A DNA stretch of 64,000 nucleotides from Myxococcaceae bacterium (lineage in GTDB: Bacteria > Myxococcota > Myxococcia > Myxococcales > Myxococcaceae), in contig DATIWB010000130.1 of the NCBI GenBank assembly GCA_035519675.1, positions 9,629 through 73,628 of the forward strand. Direction: 5' to 3'. Below are positions 61,810 to 64,000 of the stretch, in pieces (position 1 is the stretch's first letter; the number at the start of each line of letters is the position of its first letter). The notes under the pieces are model-generated. The model searched no databases. It was not told where the DNA came from and saw nothing but the letters and a program-made list of their open reading frames with translations. The translations under genes and the position numbers were made by a program.

Positions 61810-62043
61810 CTACAGCGAGCGTGCCCGGCGGGCGAGGCAAGCCGCCTCTTCACGGCAGGATGGGCCAATGCCGTCCGGATGCGGCCCCAGCGGCGTCCGG
61901 TCTGACTCCTCCACGCCACACAGGACGCAGTGGCGCTTCCGCTGGCGCCGCTCTGCCCGCCGCTGCTCGGCGATCTCCTTGGCCCGCTCCCGCGAGGTCT
62001 TCGCGCCATCGGTCGTCATCGCGCCGTCACCCTCTGCGGACAT
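61810..62043 (-). CDS. small basic Cys-containing hypothetical protein
   Basis: The last 77 codons of shadow ORF 61810..63813, starting MSAEGDGAMTTDG. Codon bias is acceptable; contains HCVLCG...SCREEAAC. Confidence 0.35.
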   Translation of the reverse strand: MSAEGDGAMTTDGAKTSRERAKEIAEQRRAERRQRKRHCVLCGVEESDRTPLGPHPDGIGPSCREEAACLARRARSL

Positions 62044-62077
62044 CGATAACACGGCTTGCCGCGAAGGGGGGGGCCCG

Positions 62078-62416
62078 ATGATGCTCCGAGGGCTCTTCCC
62101 GATGCTTCCGTCCCGTGCGCGCCGGGCGCTCCTCGCCCTCGGAACCGCCGCCCTGGCGGGGTGCGGTCCCGCAGCCGTCCCCGAGTCCGGACCCGCGGCC
62201 GCCGCCACCGCCCGCGCGCTGGTGCGACCCCACCTCGCCCGGAACGCCCTCCGGACGCCCAGCACCCGGGATGGGTCCGGCTCGGCCGTCACCCCGGGCC
62301 CCACCGCCGTGGTGCTGGGGCACAGGGCTCCGGACGGCACCCTGCGCGTGGGGTGCGTGGACAGCGAGGACGGGGCCGAGGCGCTGGTCCGCGAGTCGGA
62401 AGAGGAGGCCCGGTGA
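62078..62416 (+). CDS. small lipoprotein
   Basis: ATG within ORF 60746..62416. RRALLALGTAALAG-C lipobox. Stop overlaps the next start (GTGA). Confidence 0.5.
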   Translation: MMLRGLFPMLPSRARRALLALGTAALAGCGPAAVPESGPAAAATARALVRPHLARNALRTPSTRDGSGSAVTPGPTAVVLGHRAPDGTLRVGCVDSEDGAEALVRESEEEAR

Positions 62417-64000
62417 CCCCAGGGCCGCTGCGCGCGCTCTGCCTCGCGGCGCTGGTCGCGTCCCCGGTGGCCCTGGGCGGAGCGGAGATCCGCATCGTGG
62501 ACGGGAATGGCTCGGGCGAGGGGCTCGACGATCGCACCCCGGCGGACCCGGTGGGCGGCAACCCCGGCACGACGCTGGGTGAGCAGCGGCTGATGGCCGC
62601 CCAGTACGCCGCCGCCCTCTGGTCGGCCACCCTGGGCAACCAGGTTTCCATCGCCATCCGCACCGAGTTCGCCGACCTCGACTGCTCCGGCGGCACCGCG
62701 GTGCTCGGCGCGGCGGGCCCCACCCTGCTCTACGACGGCAACCGGTACCCGGCCGCGCTGGCCAACGAGCGCGCCGGCCGGGACCTCGACCCGGGCCGCG
62801 AGGAGATCGACGCCCGCTTCAACGCCCGGGTGGGCAGCTCCGGCTGCCCGGTCACCGCCTGGTACTCCGGCCTCGACAACCAGGCCCCGACCGGCACCAC
62901 CGACCTGCCGTCGGTCCTCCTCCACGAGATGGCGCACGGGCTGGGGTTCATCAAGTCCGCCACCGTGTTCCGGGACCAGGCCCAGGACGACACCAGCGGC
63001 GTGCTGCTCTCGCAGCTCTCCGAGTCCGACTACGCCGCGGCGATCCGCCGGCCGCTGGGGGTCAGCTGGATCGGCCCGGCGGTTCGGGCGAGCAAGGACG
63101 CCATCCTCGACAAGACGGACGGGCTGCTGCGGCTCCCGGACGGCCGCACCCTCGCGCTCGCCCGCGCCCGGTTCGGCCCCGGACACGTCTCGCTCACTGC
63201 CCCGGTGGTGCTCGCCCAGGACGCGGACGGGGGCACGGGCCACGACGCCTGCGGTCCGCTGGCCGCCTCGCCGGGGGCGCTGGTCCTGGCCGAGCGAGGC
63301 CTGCGCTCCGACGCCGGCCTGTTCTGCTTCGTCGCGCAGCGGGCGCTCAACGCGCAGGCCGCGGGCGCGGTGGGGCTCCTGGTCCGCCCCCTCCAGCCGG
63401 GCATCGGGCCCACCTCGTACACCGGCGATGCCGGAACCGAGCTGAGCATCCCGGTGTGGGGCCTCTCGTCCGAAGACGGGGCCTTCCTCGAGGCCTACGT
63501 CTCGGGCGGGGGGGAGCAGCCGGTGGCCGTCGACGGGGATGGGCGGCGCGCGGGCGAGAACCTGGTCGGCGACGTGCTGCTCTACACCCCCAGCACCTAC
63601 TCGGACGGCTCGAGCGTGGGGCACTGGGACTCGAGCGCCTCGCCCCCCCTGCTCATGATGCCCATCATCAACCCCAGCCTGCCCCGGGACCTCGACCTCA
63701 CCCCGGCCGCGCTGCGGGACGTCGGCTGGACGCTGCCGGCGGGGCTGAGCATCGGCGCCACCACCCTGGGACGCGACCTCGACGATGGACGCCCTCCCCG
63801 GTTCATCGTCCACGTCGTCAACCGCGGCGCCACGCTCGCCAGCGGAGTGGTCCTCGACGCCCGTGCCGACCCCGCCCTCCGCCTGGTCTCGACGGAGCTG
63901 TCCTGCGCCGGCGGGGCTTGCTCGACCGGGCCGCTCGACTGCGCAGCAGGGCTGCCCTGCGCGCTCGGGGAGATCGCCCCCGGGGCGGTGAGGACGGTCA
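62413..64000 (+). CDS. secreted HEXXH zinc metalloprotease with PA (protease-associated) domain; 3' end beyond the window
   Basis: Open-ended frame absent from the ORF track. I translated 62413-64000 and found no stop. Signal peptide LRALCLAALVASPVALGGA; VLLHEMAHGLGF; PA-like block ACGPLAASPGALVLAERG...FCFVAQRALNAQAAGAVGLLV. Third positions are very GC-rich. Confidence 0.75.
   Translation, partial: MTPGPLRALCLAALVASPVALGGAEIRIVDGNGSGEGLDDRTPADPVGGNPGTTLGEQRLMAAQYAAALWSATLGNQVSIAIRTEFADLDCSGGTAVLGAAGPTLLYDGNRYPAALANERAGRDLDPGREEIDARFNARVGSSGCPVTAWYSGLDNQAPTGTTDLPSVLLHEMAHGLGFIKSATVFRDQAQDDTSGVLLSQLSESDYAAAIRRPLGVSWIGPAVRASKDAILDKTDGLLRLPDGRTLALARARFGPGHVSLTAPVVLAQDADGGTGHDACGPLAASPGALVLAERGLRSDAGLFCFVAQRALNAQAAGAVGLLVRPLQPGIGPTSYTGDAGTELSIPVWGLSSEDGAFLEAYVSGGGEQPVAVDGDGRRAGENLVGDVLLYTPSTYSDGSSVGHWDSSASPPLLMMPIINPSLPRDLDLTPAALRDVGWTLPAGLSIGATTLGRDLDDGRPPRFIVHVVNRGATLASGVVLDARADPALRLVSTELSCAGGACSTGPLDCAAGLPCALGEIAPGAVRTV

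Noticed and set aside
61810-63813. 667-aa reverse ORF
   Set aside because: From 62413 upward it is antisense to the HEXXH/PA-domain protease frame. Only the last 77 codons (61810-62043) lie in otherwise non-coding DNA, and I kept those as a low-confidence small gene.

Overview
Very GC-rich (about 70% or more by eye) bacterial chromosome segment with Myxococcota-like content: Oar-type TonB-dependent transporters, a Ser/Thr kinase fused to a TolB-like propeller, and a sigma-32-like factor with an RpoH box. Core genes are glgP, dnaE, a seven-gene pentose-phosphate operon (tkt-tal-gnd-zwf-glk-pgl-rpe), a DEAD-box helicase and lrgAB-like genes. The most unusual part is 8.7-23.8 kb. It holds three tandem paralogous modules, each an ~1100-aa Oar-like TonB-dependent transporter immediately followed by a ~225-250-aa lipoprotein with 8 conserved Cys. 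These are interleaved with two paralogous ArsR regulators carrying an inserted loop and two paralogous LuxR-type regulators. Conserved leader motifs and apparent TTG starts precede the transporter genes. Other observations: (1) a Cache-domain gene flanked by a duplicated C-terminal coding tail of the neighbouring cNMP-binding gene, differing only by synonymous changes over the final 15 sense codons; (2) an 82-bp tandem repeat built around GCGGCCGC palindromes, with a related copy 5 kb away; (3) a stand-alone MmeI/YeeA-like N6-adenine methyltransferase; (4) clear TetR and ArsR operator palindromes; (5) two genes running off the window edges that the ORF track omits. Stop-codon depletion at this GC content creates many long antisense shadow ORFs, which I rejected. 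No rRNA, tRNA or CRISPR array was seen. All homology calls rest on motif recognition by eye, not on searches.
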